This document shows, piece by piece, positions 1-14,221 of a stretch of 64,000 nucleotides of DNA (position 1 is the stretch's first letter; the number at the start of each line of letters is the position of its first letter). The notes below the pieces were generated by a model that made no database searches, was not told the origin of the DNA, and saw nothing but the letters and a program-made list of their open reading frames with translations. The position numbers and the translations under genes are program-made. This DNA comes from Lingula anatina (lineage: Eukaryota; Animalia; Brachiopoda), in the NCBI GenBank assembly GCA_051362555.1, contig CM120641.1, positions 18,228,001 to 18,292,000 of the forward strand. Reading direction: 5' to 3'.

Positions 1-1152
1 CAACATATGTCAATTAATACACCCTTCTCCACCTCTCCATTCTTGATTAAAGTTGCATAAAGGACCAACTTGTGTCTGTATTGTGAATTCTGATGCAACC
101 ATCTGACTTTGTTTTGCACTGGGATATCACAGGTGATTATTGCCTATTGGATTCACGTCACAATGTTATTGGTTGCTGTTTTCTAACCTGTTGCACAGTT
201 TTGTCATTTTATCCCAAACAGCATATACGGTTTATGATGAGAACAATGGTTGTTACTGACAAATACATATGTCACTGCTTCACTACAGATATTTTAGCTA
301 TCTGTTATTTTCTGAAGCATGGGCCTGTTGCTCCATAATTTTAAATTGATAAATAAACAGATTTGAAGTTGTTAGCCCCAATTATCTCTCTGGTTTGAAA
401 ATGAAAGACAGGAATTTTTTTAAAAATTCAAATCTTTCTGTTGATAAAATACTGATGGCAAAAATTGTTTAATCCAAGCTGTTGTTTTATTAATTTTAAA
501 GAAATAAAAGACAGTTTGTACTTTTTTTGGTTGGTTATCTTAAGGTTCAAATCAAATGTCAACAGGCAAAAAAGCATAAACCTTGCAAGTTGGCAATTTT
601 GAATACTTTTATTTCTAGTGCGTGTTGTAAATGACGATTTACAAATGATTTTATCTTCAGAAATTCTGTAAGGATGAAAGGTTTTTTATTTCAATTTCCC
701 TAGGGTGTAGCATCAGTGTAATTTCCATGTTTAATCATCAGGTTATCTTCAATTGAAATGCATTTGGTGTGAAACCACATGGCATATTCTGCACATTGTC
801 TTTTTTTGTCTAAATTTGCATTGACAGTAAACAGATGGCCGAGAGCTGCCTGTTCTATTACCAGGATCTTTAGAGTCAATTCTTTTCATGTTTTCAATTT
901 TTATTTTATATATTTCTGGAAATGAATGATTTTTTTTTTTTTTTTTTTTTTGAATATTGAAAAAATATCTCATGAATCTCTAAAATATTTTTTTAAAAAA
1001 GTAGTTCAGATGGAGCTTGTAATACGAAAGCACAGTCCTTTTTCATTTCAACATATATCGTTTACATATATTAAAACTAAAAATGAAACTGATAACAATC
1101 ACATCTCATACCATTTATTTCTTACACTTTTTTCTGTCTCCTACACTTTAAG

Positions 1153-4100
1153 GCGTCTGCCATGCTGAAGGCTGCGGACTCTACATCCCAGTTGGATGGA
1201 GAGGGGCCAGTCAATGTGGAGGGGCAGCAGTATGTTGACAGCAAGTCCTATGTAACATTGGAGATTGTGTTACACAGGGCTCTGGTGAGGAGGAGACAGC
1301 CCGAGGAGCTGGCCAAAAGGTAAAAACTGATGAGGTTATCCCAAATGCCTCTGTCAGATGAGAAATGGACAACCCACAGTTACCTGTCTATACCACACTG
1401 TTTTTGTAATAAAAATTGGAGCAAGCCTAATAGATAGTAATTTGCGGTATTAAAAGTGGCGATTTATGAAAGTTATAAAGAATATATACATGTACATAGG
1501 CTGTATGTTTGGGTAGAAAAGTAATACTCTGATGATTTAAGTTCTATGCCATTTCTCAAGTTGAGTTAACTAAGGAGGTAAAAAAGTCTACTTTTGCAGA
1601 AAAGGACCCCCTTTTGAAAATATAGATGGCTCCCATCCTAAAGTCATTTATCTTTCCATCTTTTAAAGGATCAAAATGAAGATTTTTTCTCCTGTTACAG
1701 TTCATTTACTCTTATAGCTTTTCTGAAAATTTCAAATTTTATGAAAATTAAAATATTTATAACGATTTAAACAATCTATTTTCTCCCAGGGTAGCAGAAT
1801 ATATTCCACCAAGGCCATTGTTTCCCAAGAGAACCAATGGCGCACAGCGGGTGAGATTCTTATGCTTTACCAGACACTATTTTTTTTCTCTATGAAAATA
1901 AATGACTTGAATATTAATGGGCTCAGTTTTTAATTGGTTATCTCAATTCAAATGCGACGTGGTATGTAAGTTGTCTTGCATCGTGCCCTGATTAGAATAA
2001 ATATATGTGATACAAAGCCATGATTGTCTTACAAATATACTTGGTTAGTCTTACTGGAGAGATATCTAGTGATTGTTATATTGATATTGATGGAAATCTT
2101 TTTTTTTATTTCTCTCATTTAGGCTGTTGAAGATTTCCACAATCAAATAGCAAGTGTGTTCAGCATGGCCCTTGATGAGTTCAGGTAATTGTTCTTGACA
2201 AAGCGATTCAATATTTTTAGCCAGATAATGGCTTTTTTTTTTTCAAGGTCTTGCAGACAACGACATGCATCAATCTTTCCTTTCTATCTAAAAGTCCACC
2301 CTCTGTGCAGGGTATGACTGCCATGGTGAAATGTGTGAATAATGTAATGAAAAAAATTGTGAGTGATATTATGAAAAAATGCAGATATTTATTAATAAGC
2401 TTGTGTGCTGTCCTGTTGTAGTAGTCTAAGCCTGCAGATGTAAAAACAATTTTGCACTCAATAGTTTATGATGATGTTGATGATGGTTATTGTTGTTGTT
2501 GTTGTTGCTTAATACAAAGTCTTTTCTTGGTTTATTCATATTAAAAGAATCAATCTACTAAATCATTTATAGGCTTATGATTTAAGAAACCAATTAAAAT
2601 GATAAGAAAATGTGTTTTTGTTACTCAGGGAGAAGTTTGCTGATGAACTGGGGGACACCTCTGTGACAGCTTCATTAGAGGACATGGAGAAACGGTATGT
2701 TAGGAGGGACATATGTAAACCTTTATTAAGCTCATGTCTGAAGCTCTCTTTAATAGAAATTGGGTCAAAAATGCAAAAAATGTTTGTATATGAGTGTCAT
2801 TTTCTTTGCCTGTACATTGGAGATAAAGGCTTTTTACCAATGAATGCTGTAAGGAGAAGTCATTAACAAACAAAAACTGTGAAGAAGAATCCAGATTTAA
2901 TAGTTCTGAAGAATAGAATCCGTAATTCACCCCTGTTAAACTGAAAAAGGTAAAATCGACCATCTCTTGATATGTTTGAATGTGCAAGGGTCACTGCTCA
3001 TGTTCTGTTGCATTTCGTCAAATTTCAGGAGGCAGAAACTCATCTTTGACCTGAACTCCAGTGGGAAATATTTTGCCTTCAAAGAACAACTGAAGCATGC
3101 AGTTGTGAAAATTGTTAGGGAGAAGTATCTGAAAACAACAAGTTTTGCAACTGATGAAGAACTGCAGGTAATTGCAGACTTGGGTGTAATTTCTGTAGAA
3201 TGTTTGGGCAAATAGTGATATCTTTGCTGTACTGGGTATGAATACATTGTAGGCCGTTCTTATTTGTCATCGCCTCCAAAATCCACATCTTTGGTCTTAT
3301 TTTTTGTATTTAAAAAAAGAAGGCTTATTTGTCTCCTTAAAACTAACATTTAGAATACTGGGCTTTTTTCTTTTTCTTTTTTTGCCTTTTGTTTTTGTGA
3401 ACAATTTAAAGATCATGCATCACCTGCAGTACCTAATGAAAAAATGGAATTTTGATTAATTTTGATTTTCCTGATGGATTGTATCATGTTGCTATTACCC
3501 AGGCTTTCCTGAGTGAGCTGTATGTGTACCTAATGGACCAGATGCACATTGGGCTGAGCAAGGTTTTATCTCTGGAGGATAAGACACCTGTTCCAGAACC
3601 TCTGGCAACAGATGCACAGCTCAAACATTTTGCCCGTGAAGCAGAGGTCAATGAAAACTTTGAATTGGCTGCTAAATATTACCAAGAGGTGAGTTGAAAC
3701 TTTAAAGTAAAGCCAAACAAAATTGATGAAGTTAGTAGACTGGTGGGACAAATCCTGAATGTGGGGAAATTAGTTGTTTTCTTTCAAATTCAAATTGAAT
3801 AATATTAATAAATAAATAATTATAAATAAATAAGAACTTTGGCATTGGTTTCGTAAGTGGGAGAAATTGAAAATTGACCCCAGGAAACACCGTAATACCT
3901 ATGATCTTATGGTCAAAAATTACCCACACTGTGGATGTGGCATTTCCTACCACACGAAAAAAAAAAGTACAGTCTATTTTTTAAGAGGTAGGAGCAACTG
4001 TTATTTGATGTTTTGTTTTGTGGCTTTAGGGACGCCTTTTCACCGCACCCTTTTCCTCCCTGTTAGAATTACCATCATGATTTATATAAAGGGCAAAGTA

Positions 4101-7100
4101 GTTTGGTATTTTAAATCTGATCACTTTGGAGAATTGGTATATAGTTTCGCTTACCAATAGTGTTTCAAGGTTTCAGGTGTCTGTCATCTCATCAACCCAG
4201 GCCTCTTCAAACAACTCTAGTGGGTGCAGGCCTTTAGGCTGTGAGGGGTTTGGTGTTATTTTACTTCATTTCCCATTTAAGTACAAAATTTCATCATTTA
4301 GGTAATGACACCAGATACAAAGTCACAGACTGTTATCCCAGATAATGTAAAATTACATGTATCAGACCTTTTTTTTCTATTGCGGGAAATGAGAAATTAT
4401 GGTTGACCAACCTTCTGCAAGACAGTCATGAAACATGTACATTCAATTTGAAACAATTTGAAACCATCATTTTTGCCACTTTGATGTAAACAGTTATAAG
4501 TATGGTATTAATGGCCTTAATTTCTAAACTTGATTATAGTTACTGTAATTATAGTTACTGTATACATATACATTACTGCTGTAACCACACAAATTTTTGC
4601 ATTTTTTTTGTATTAGTATATAGCACTTTATTTAAAGCCCTTGATTGTTCAAAAATTACTTCTTTTCCAATAATGAAAATAATAATAATTTGTCTGTCAA
4701 GTACAATTGTACCTAATGTCTATTATTTTGATGATTGGACAACACAAACACGCTTTTAGTATACTTAATTGGAATCAAAGTGTCCATTTACATTGTTTGT
4801 GGAGATTAGAATTGCATTTGCCTGGGCATGAAATGTCTGCATGGACTCTTCTTATCTGTATGCAGTGCATTGTGACTGGGATTTTAACATGTTAAGTTTA
4901 ACATAGGGAAAGTAGAATCCAAAACAGAAAAAAAATTACTTGCAGCATATTTCATTCAAAGAATTTGCTGTGACTGTGAGAATTTATTAAACCTGAGGGA
5001 AAAATTTTAAGTCATTTTGACATATTTTGATATTTTCCTTCATACTTTGAAAGCCTTCACATCTCTAAGGAAATTTATATAATTGTCCCTATTTATCTGA
5101 TGATAGATGAACATAAGAAAAGTGTACATGAAATCCTTAATTCTCTTAATCCTTAATCCTATCAAGATTTTGTGTTAAAAAAACAGCAAATGTGCTTAAT
5201 AAAAAAATGAAATTAAAAAAAAAGAAAAAAAAGCATGCAGGCTGTTTGTAGTAGTCTAGTAAGAACAAATTCTGTAAATGATGCAAATTTAATGTTTTTC
5301 CAGAGAATTGCAAGAAACAAGGCTGACCCAGAAGCCTGGTTTGACTACGGCACATTCTGTCTTTATATATCTGATATCCCCAAAGCAGAGGAATGCTTCA
5401 AGGAATGCATTGCCATCAACCAGAGACATTTCAATGGGTGAGCATGGTGGACTTGTACTGCATACAGTTGACCTAATTGTAAAAACATTGTAAAAAACCT
5501 AAATTTTATGTAAATACCAACCACATGATTTTGATAGCAGATCAACAAAGAGTTACATCTTGTATCATATCAATACAAATAGCATTTTGTTTCAAAAGTG
5601 ATGATATGAAACTTAGGAAGATTTGCACACCTTTTTCTGTTAAGTAAAGCACCAAGAATGCCCATATAAAAATCAATACCACAAATTACATTCTACATCT
5701 GTGCTTGAATAAGGCATTTTCAGCTTTAGTTCAGTTCAACTTTTTACAATAGTTCCCTGATAATTGAATAACCATCCACTCACGTATTGTATCCCTTATT
5801 TTCATCATACTTTTTTTTTCCAAAATTTTCAGCCTTATCTTGTATGGTGTAGTGTGCGCAATGGAAGAAAGAAATGATGCAGCAGAGACCTTCTTTGAGA
5901 CAGCCACAAGAATTGATCCACACAGCACTTTAGCTTGGACCATGTTAGGTAGGGGAATAGGTTAATGCCATATGCTTGGCAGACAGTGTGTTAGTTGAGA
6001 CTTATTAGCCCTTTGAAAGGATGTGTTTATTATTATAATTATTATTATTTCTGATTGTATGTTAAATTGTGCATCTCTGTATAATAATAAAAAAATTGTA
6101 CATAAAAAGATAATCAGTTTGACATATGGAATCATAGTGGATTGAAGGTTGAGTTCTTACAGTTAAACAGTCACACCCAATACAACATTGCATACTTAAC
6201 TCTCTTAAAAATAATATATTGCAGGATAAGTGTGGACCTTTTACAATAGCAGTGTAATATAAGTAAGATGTTTTTTACACTTACAGGCTTGTTTTATGAT
6301 GGTATTGGCAATGACATTCAAGCTGAGATGGCTTTCCTTGAGGCACAGAAACAAAATGTTTACAATGCCAAGCAGGAACTGCTTGCATCCCAGCCACCTG
6401 TCAAGGAGAGAGAAGAGGCAGGAGATCACTTTGACACCTCTCCATCAAAAGGTGCTAAACATAATTTTGATTTATTATTGATGTATATGGTACAGACATG
6501 CTGATCGATACCTTTGGTCCTACCAATCAGGAAAGTTTTCTAGAACTGGTGGAAATCTGTAAAGTTGGCCAAGAGACCACCAACAATTTAGAGAGTTGCC
6601 ATTTTGAATTTGTACTTTGTCTGGCAAAAGGCCTTTGTCCTGGCCTAATTTTTCATACATGTAACTGCATGTTTTTCCGAATGTCCATCTGCTTTTAAAG
6701 TTTTCAGCATGTCTGTTAGTTACTTGTTAGTAGGAGGGTGTGGATGGGTACAAAAGGTTTTGAAGAACAATAACTTTGCTTGTTTAGTATTCCTACAGTA
6801 CTTTCCAATCTTTGCCCCCCCTCCCCTTCTCCTTATTAGGTAATGCTGTAATATTTTATCCTTATTAAGCATTTTTTTCTGGTTTACTGTATATCTTCTT
6901 GAAAAATATCAGTAAATGCTGTAAAGTATAAGATGGCCTTATCTTATGTGAAATTAGCATGTGTGTGAACAATTTAACTAAAATCTGATTGTTGAATAAA
7001 TCTTAAATGTGGTGTAGTCTGCTGTGGGAGCTTTTTTTGAAGGTAGATATAATGCTAGTAATTCAATTCTTGTAGCATCATATTTTTTGCAAGTTTTATA

Positions 7101-8179
7101 ATCCACTCAGTTTGCGTGCATTGAAGTCATCAAGCAGTATGGCCTTGAGATTCTGAATAACAAATTTGTGTAATTTGGCAGGTGTTTTATTATAATCTTG
7201 TTATTATCTTATTATTTTTTTAAGGAAATTAGGAACCATTTCACAATTTTCAATCATCATGTTCATTTATTGTTATTTTGAGGAAAGCAAATTGTTTCAT
7301 GACACAAAACAATGTTAGAAATTGTTTCATACTCATTTTGATCAGGAAATCTAGCAAACATGCAAAGGTGAAAGAAAATTGACTTTACATTTTTGCACCA
7401 GTAGTTTGTGGCTTTTTATTCATGTGTTTATTCATATAATCACTAATGGATGCATCTCTAACCCGTATGTCATGAAATAATGTAATAAAAAAACAGACAG
7501 ACAGATGGACAGATAAAATATGAAAGGTCAATTATACACATAATGAATGAAATATGTAACTTACTCAAAGGACCTCTGACCCAGAGCCAAACTTTTCCAG
7601 GAATAGTTAAGACTATTTTGGATTTTCTGCAACATATAGTTAAGGTTTAATTTAGAATTGCCCCATTTATATTTCAGAGACCACCAGGCCAGAGAGTCCA
7701 GGTAAAACTCTACCTGAAATCAAGCAGACGCCAGCCACTCCAGCTGCACCATCTACGTCCAAAACACAAGCACCTGCCAGCAGAAAAATGTCACTTGGAA
7801 AGAAGCCAGGTGGGACTTAAAGTTGAGGCAAAATGGAAAACCGAAAAAATTAAAAATCACCTGTTTAATTATTAAATATGTAGTTATCAGCAATATTTGT
7901 ACAAGTATTATTTTATTATTTTATCCAGTTTTATTTCGGCTAATATTTTTTATCAGCCTTAAACTTAGTATGATGCATTTTATGGTTATCCATACTGCAT
8001 AGTTTATTTGGTATTCTATAAAGTTGACTGTAAGTGTGTGACATTGAAGAAATAATGGCCTGTTTTTATCTCAACAATGTTGATTAAAGAGAATTGTCTT
8101 TATGGATATACAATGTAAGAATATGGTTGCTGGAAACTTAAATGATCAAACCTCACACAAACACTATTTTACAAACAAT

Positions 8180-8226
<47 letters not shown>

Positions 8227-11200
8227 CAAAAAAGACAAATGAAAGACAAGCTTTTGTTGGCTGGCTTACAACTTGGAATAAGAACTTGGAATAGCATAGT
8301 TATTCACATTTTGATGAAATACATGTAGTATCAAAACATTAATGTCTGATATACTTATATACTTGTATCAACTGTTCTAGTGGGGCCAGGATCCATGGGG
8401 AGCCGTACCAGCAGCAAGGACAATGTGAACTCCAATCACCCAGGCAGTCGACCCAGCAGTCGCCATGCTCGTAGTCCAGTCCCCACCCCCCTTCAGACAG
8501 AGGAGGAGCCCCCGCGTGTACCGACCCCAGTCCCCAAGAGCAGTATTTACATGAATGCTGTGGAGTGGTTGTTGGAGGCAAAGGCTGCGGTGGTGAGTGG
8601 CTGGATCTGTATGTCACAATAAATTAAATTGAGGTTATTGCAATAACTATACATTATGACACAATGCTGGTACAACACAATGGCTAGGATAGATCTGATA
8701 ATTTAAATAGAACTTAGCACAAGATTATGTTGTCTTTATACCTAAATAGGGGGTTCAAATCCATGGCCTCTGTACAGAGATTTTTTTCACTCTCCCACCC
8801 TTGCTTATTTATTTATTTATTTATAAGTTTATTTATAAGTTTATTGTTTTTTTTGCTTTTGCATATTTATTTATTTATTTTTTCATTGTATATGTTAAAA
8901 GTACCATTCATAAAAATATCTGACATTAAGAACTAGTCAATTTTACCATAGGTTATAGCTTGGCAAAATCTGCAAGTTGAAACATTGTTTTAGTTTGTTA
9001 AGAGCCCTTTTGTTCATATATTGCTATATGTGCACTATTATCTCTCTCTCTTTGGTGTGAAATATGTCCAAATGAAATGTCTAACTTTAGTTCACTGAGA
9101 GAGGTCTCAGCCATAGATGATTGCTCCCCATCTTGAGGGGTTAGAAACTGAATAACAGATGGTTATCCTATAACTTCAGTTCACTGAGAGAGCCCTTGCT
9201 CATGAGTTGCTGTCCCCGTCAGGAGGTCCCAGTGCTGACTACCACATCACCCTGGCCAGGCTGCACATACACAAGAAGGAGTTTCCAGGGGCAAGACTGG
9301 CCCTCAATGAAGCTTTACAAATAGACCATGAGGTGAGAAAGAGTTGAAATAACTGAGAGATTGAGTGGGTGAATTAGCGAGCAAGTGAGCTCGAGTGTGA
9401 ATTAAGCATACAAATATTATTAGATTGCGTAGATTATTATTATTTATGTAATTACTTTGTTATAAGACTTCTATATGGTATGTTACAGGGGGGGTGCAAC
9501 ACCTGGATCATCTGATTCTCATGGCATTGTTACAGGAACACACAATAATAAATGTTTAAAATAAGTGCTACCTTTGCTGTCTGTTTTTCTTTGGTATCTG
9601 GCATGAGAATAATTTGGCATTTTCATAGCAATTATATTTTGCATCCCCCATACATACTGTTTGGAAGTATCAGGTGTCACAGGGCCTTATCTTGTTAGCT
9701 CGAGGGCATGCTTTTTTCTCTAGTAAATTGCCATAACCTGTCAGAATTAAACATGTGGAAAAAATGAATTATTATCTTATCTTGCCCTCCCTTTTGATTA
9801 GTTTTCAACTCGAGTGTGTTATGCAGCTGGACAAGTCTTTCTTTTCTGTCAGAGCTTTGTATTTGTGCTTTATATTTATGGAAAAAAAAGTAGAATTGGA
9901 TCAAAAGTAATTTCTTTGTCTTCATGGAGATAGTGATTTATGTTGATATCAACAGACTGCTCACAGAACATGTTGGCAGATGCAGACTTTTATTTTCCTT
10001 GGCTAATTATTTTAATTGTCCAGTGATATGGCCACAAAGGACAGCAGCACTGTTGAAAGCTGACGGTGCTGCTTATAGAATGATTTACTTAGGAATTATT
10101 TCACTCCTCGTTCCATTTTGTATAGGTTGAATTGTACGAGTTTGTAAGAATGGAAAAAAGATATTAAGATTGAGTTTGATTTCACTTCAAAATGGATAGA
10201 AAACAGTATGAGAAGGTGACATAGGCACAATATATACTCAGCCTGACTATAAAACAATCTGAAAAACCATACTAAAGCAAAAATGTTTGATTGATTTAGT
10301 TAGTTAGTTTGCTTTGTAGTACATATTTATGTGATATTTTGATTTGTTACCTGTTTGATAGATAAACATCATAATCATTGTGACTTGTTGTCATGTTAAA
10401 TAAAAGTAATTCTTTTGACTTTTTTCTAGAACCCTGATGCATGGGCATTCCTTGGTCACCTGAACTACCTGTCAGGCAACCTGCAGGAGGCTAAGGGCTG
10501 CTATGAGAGAACCCTCTCCTTCATTGGGGATCCCTCAGAGAGCCACTCCATATACCTAAGACTGGCTTCTATTTACCTGGAGGAGGGACAGGTGAGGGGG
10601 AGGGGAAATATAAAACTTGGAATTGATTTAAATAGAGCAAGAGTGAATGAATCAAGACTAAAAAATAAAAATAAAATAACATGATGAATAATGATTATAG
10701 GTGATAATTTTGAATGAAATATGAAAGAGACTGAAGGGAGCGATTTAACAATTTAAAAAAATTCAAATGAATCGTTATGTTGTAACTCTTTCATTTTACC
10801 TTAGTCAATTAGTCTACTTAGTCTTTAAGTTTGATAGTCAAAAAGTTTTAAGTATTTGCCAATTAATATATTTCAGTTCCTTGAAGCCAAGAAGACATTC
10901 CTGATGGCCTGCAAGAAGTCTGCCTCCTGTGTGTCTTGGCTGGGAGTGGGAATTGCTTGTTATAGGGTAGGGATTTATCATTTTTTGTCTTTTTTGTCTA
11001 TGAGTCTCTTAAGGCTATCACGTCATGTTTTTTTTAAAGGTTATGAGACTTTTCAGAAAGTGGCTTTGTTAACTATTGTACATAGAGCTCTTATTTAAAC
11101 CAGGTGAAGTCCAAATGGATGTAGAAAAAAGTCTTTTCAAAAGTTTTAAAAGGAAAAAGTTTGAGACATAGGGATGGAAAAAAAATGCTAAAACAATCAA

Positions 11201-12807
11201 TTCCAACATGTGCAGGTAATTGAAAAGAATACCAAGTCAACTGTTGGAGTGCAAATATGTTGTCTGCTTTATGTATGATTTAAATGTTGCTCTCATCTTT
11301 TTAAACCTATTTACTTTTTCTTCATATTTTCAAAGTATTTGTTTATTTATTTCTACAGCTAGGTGAATTGTCAGAAAGTGAAGATGCGTTATCAGAAGCT
11401 AATATCTTGAATAACACAGACCCTGAGGTTTGGGCATACTTGTCTTTAGTCTGTCTGAAAACAGAGCGTCAGTTGGAGGCGGAACAGGCATACAAATATG
11501 CTTTGAAGGTGAGATAAATGGTTTATTGCCCTGTAAACATAATATTGGCTATCAGCATTGTTATATAGTTTGATAAATGGTTGGGCTGTTTTCATAAATT
11601 ATATGAGAAAATTAAAATTTAAGCATGCTTTTGGTCAATTGCATTTTTCTTTTTTTCATGTTTGCACTTTGATATGTTTCTTATATGTATTTGTATTGTC
11701 TAGTATGAAACTGTCTAAAATTCAGTATAACTAGGGCAGCATCTCTTTACACTCCTGAGCAGACATACATATATAGTAGAAAATAGGCATGACAAACAGA
11801 CAAATTTACATTTTCTACAGTGTACCAGAAAAAATTAATAATATATCTATTGTACACAACAGATATGCCATGGTTTCACCATAAAACATTACTTAAATTA
11901 TTGTGATTGCAATTTGCCTTTATGGCTGAATATTCAGTCTTTCAGAGTGTTGATAAAGATAAAAAAGACAAAGAAAGGTTGTTATGGCACTTAATTTTCA
12001 TTTATATGATAACTTGCTGGGCTATAAAGTAATATATAATTCTAACCACATATGCAGTGTCTTTCTTAAGTACTTAAATCTTTTTCACCCATCAATTATA
12101 TAGTTGTCATGACATTACTGTAAAAGGACATTCCAAAAATGCAGTAACATGGTCACTATGACTTAAATAGTTAAAGTTAAGGTTGTATCCAAAGTTTTAA
12201 TCTAGCATGTCTGTCATAAATTATGCCACGGAAATGGGATTCTCACTGGTTGTTAAGTATTTTTGTTGCTGCGGGCATTTTGTGTCTTGTGATCTTTGTA
12301 CCTTTCAAGATTCACATATATACATACAACAATAAAAAGAACTGGCAGTGCCATATCTCACATAATTTCATTGAAATTGGGATTTAACTTTATGGATGGA
12401 TACAAAGGGTGCTATGCATGAAAAAACTAGAAAAGTTCTCAGAGAGCACAGGCCTCTGCCAAAGCATTCTCATTATTTAATTAATCAATGGATGACCACC
12501 AAAAATATATTTATTCTTAGATAGCCCATTTCTGACCTAGCCTGAAATTTTATCAAACTTTGTTTATAACTTTTTGAGTTAGGCTGTTAACTAACAAACC
12601 AACAAACTAAGGCAAAAACATAAACACTTTGGTGGAGGTGAAATGCAATAAATTTCACTCCATTGTACTCCATAGACTACTTAAAGTAAATGCTAAGTAA
12701 GTCTGCTAGATGAAAGAAAGAGGAAAGTTACTAAAAGGATATTTCAAGCTAAAAGCTCAAATTGCTTGCACGACTTTTTCCAGAGATCAGTTAAAAATAT
12801 CACAGCA

Positions 12808-12851
<44 letters not shown>

Positions 12852-13075
12852 TTTATCACCAAAAGTATTCAGAAATTGATTGTTACTTGTAATTTATAGC
12901 ACCTTTTGCTTTTAGGTGATATTTCACATCTCAGTATGAACAAAATTTGTCAGTGTGATTCTACTGAAATGCATGTGAAATATTGTCGTTTCAGTTGCAT
13001 CTGCAAGATGAAGACTTGCTGAATGAACTTCACCAGGTACAACAAGAAGTTGGGTTTGGAAACCCAGAATTATAA
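1153..13075 (+). CDS. CFAP70: Cilia- and flagella-associated protein 70 (TPR protein TTC18), 3' portion; 5' exons lie upstream of the window
   Basis: Sixteen phase-compatible GT-AG exons: 1153-1319, 1790-1850, 2123-2184, 2629-2694, 3029-3167, 3503-3688, 5304-5437, 5833-5948, 6287-6451, 7678-7809, 8381-8592, 9180-9332, 10430-10591, 10877-10966, 11359-11508, 12995-13075 (TAA). The translation includes [49 protein letters not shown]-like segments ([46 protein letters not shown]) and a C-terminal VGFGNPEL*, recognised as CFAP70 from recalled sequence. Confidence 0.93.
8177..8225 (+). repeat. (ATTT)n microsatellite
   Basis: Run of about 12 ATTT units. Confidence 0.9.
12424..12642 (+). mobile_element. 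Non-autonomous Helentron/DINE-1-like element in a CFAP70 intron
   Basis: Begins AACTAGAAAAGTTCTCAGAGAGCACAGG; has subterminal inverted repeats CCTCTGCCAAAG (about 12453) and CTTTGGTGGAGG (about 12627), an AACA-type microsatellite and an AAAACATAA...GGTGGAGGT end, the typical layout of such elements. Confidence 0.6.
12813..12847 (+). repeat. (AC)n microsatellite
   Basis: Direct run of AC dinucleotides. Confidence 0.9.
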
Positions 13076-14221
13076 GCGATTTATCAAAAGACTGTGTATA
13101 TGGACATCTTACTATTTTTTCAAAGTATTTGATGCACCTCATGTAATCCGTCCTTATATGAAAATCATTTTAGAAGAACTGATGTCATTAAAACTACAAC
13201 TTACTTCGAAGCCGTCCATGTTTAAAGTTTCATACTGAAGGGGTTCCATTATGATACAGGCATCAATTTGATGTTGTTGATAGTTGTGAAATCAATTTTA
13301 TTGAACAATATGAAGACAAACAACCATTCTGTGATACTTTTATATATTTGTCAAGCCTTGTTTGAATCATTTATTACATGTTTTGTTAGTACAAAAAAAA
13401 GTTATATAAAACATTTAAATACTACTTTCAGTTTTCTAACCTGTTGACAATTTGGAGTTGGAATTTGTTGTATTGTACATGTTAGCATGTATTTGTAAAT
13501 ATATAGGAATAAAATATGATTGTCTATTTGGTATGTTTTTAAAATGTTGTTATTAGGGTGCATGTTTAACAGTGTTATGAAAATGAAAAAGCTAATAAAA
13601 TGGTTAAGATCAATAATGACACTTACAACATGATATATATTATCTATCAGTATGTATCTAAAAGCAAAATTTCTAAGGTCTAAAATTTACGTCAAAATTT
13701 ACAAAACAATCTATGCGTGCAGGTACAACTCAATTTCTACTGTGACAACAATGACTTTATCCTTACAAAATTTCCTAAGATACTTATAAAATGCTGAATC
13801 ATAAATGCCTTTCACAGTGGGAGATGATCTTGTACCCTTGGATCTACTTCTCCTTGTAAAGGTTGATCTTAATTCTTTATGTCACCTATGTATTATGTAG
13901 ATCTAAAGTAAAATGAATATTTGAAAAATTACATTACACAGAAATTCACTAATTTACAAAATAAAGTTACCTATATGTCTTGGGAACAAGCAAATAATTG
14001 ATTTGTATATTTCTGCAACCGAAGAAAAATTTATACCACTGACTGGAATAAAAATGGTTACAGAGTTTGTGTCACACTTTCAAGTCACTGCCAAATGAAA
14101 ACTTGCCTGTCTTATGCTTCCTAATCTGTAACTCTCTTTGCTTTATCAACCCAACCAAAAAGATGTCCGTCTCAGCTCTCAAGTTCTCAAGTCACACAGC
14201 AGAGAAGAAGTCCCCATTTGT

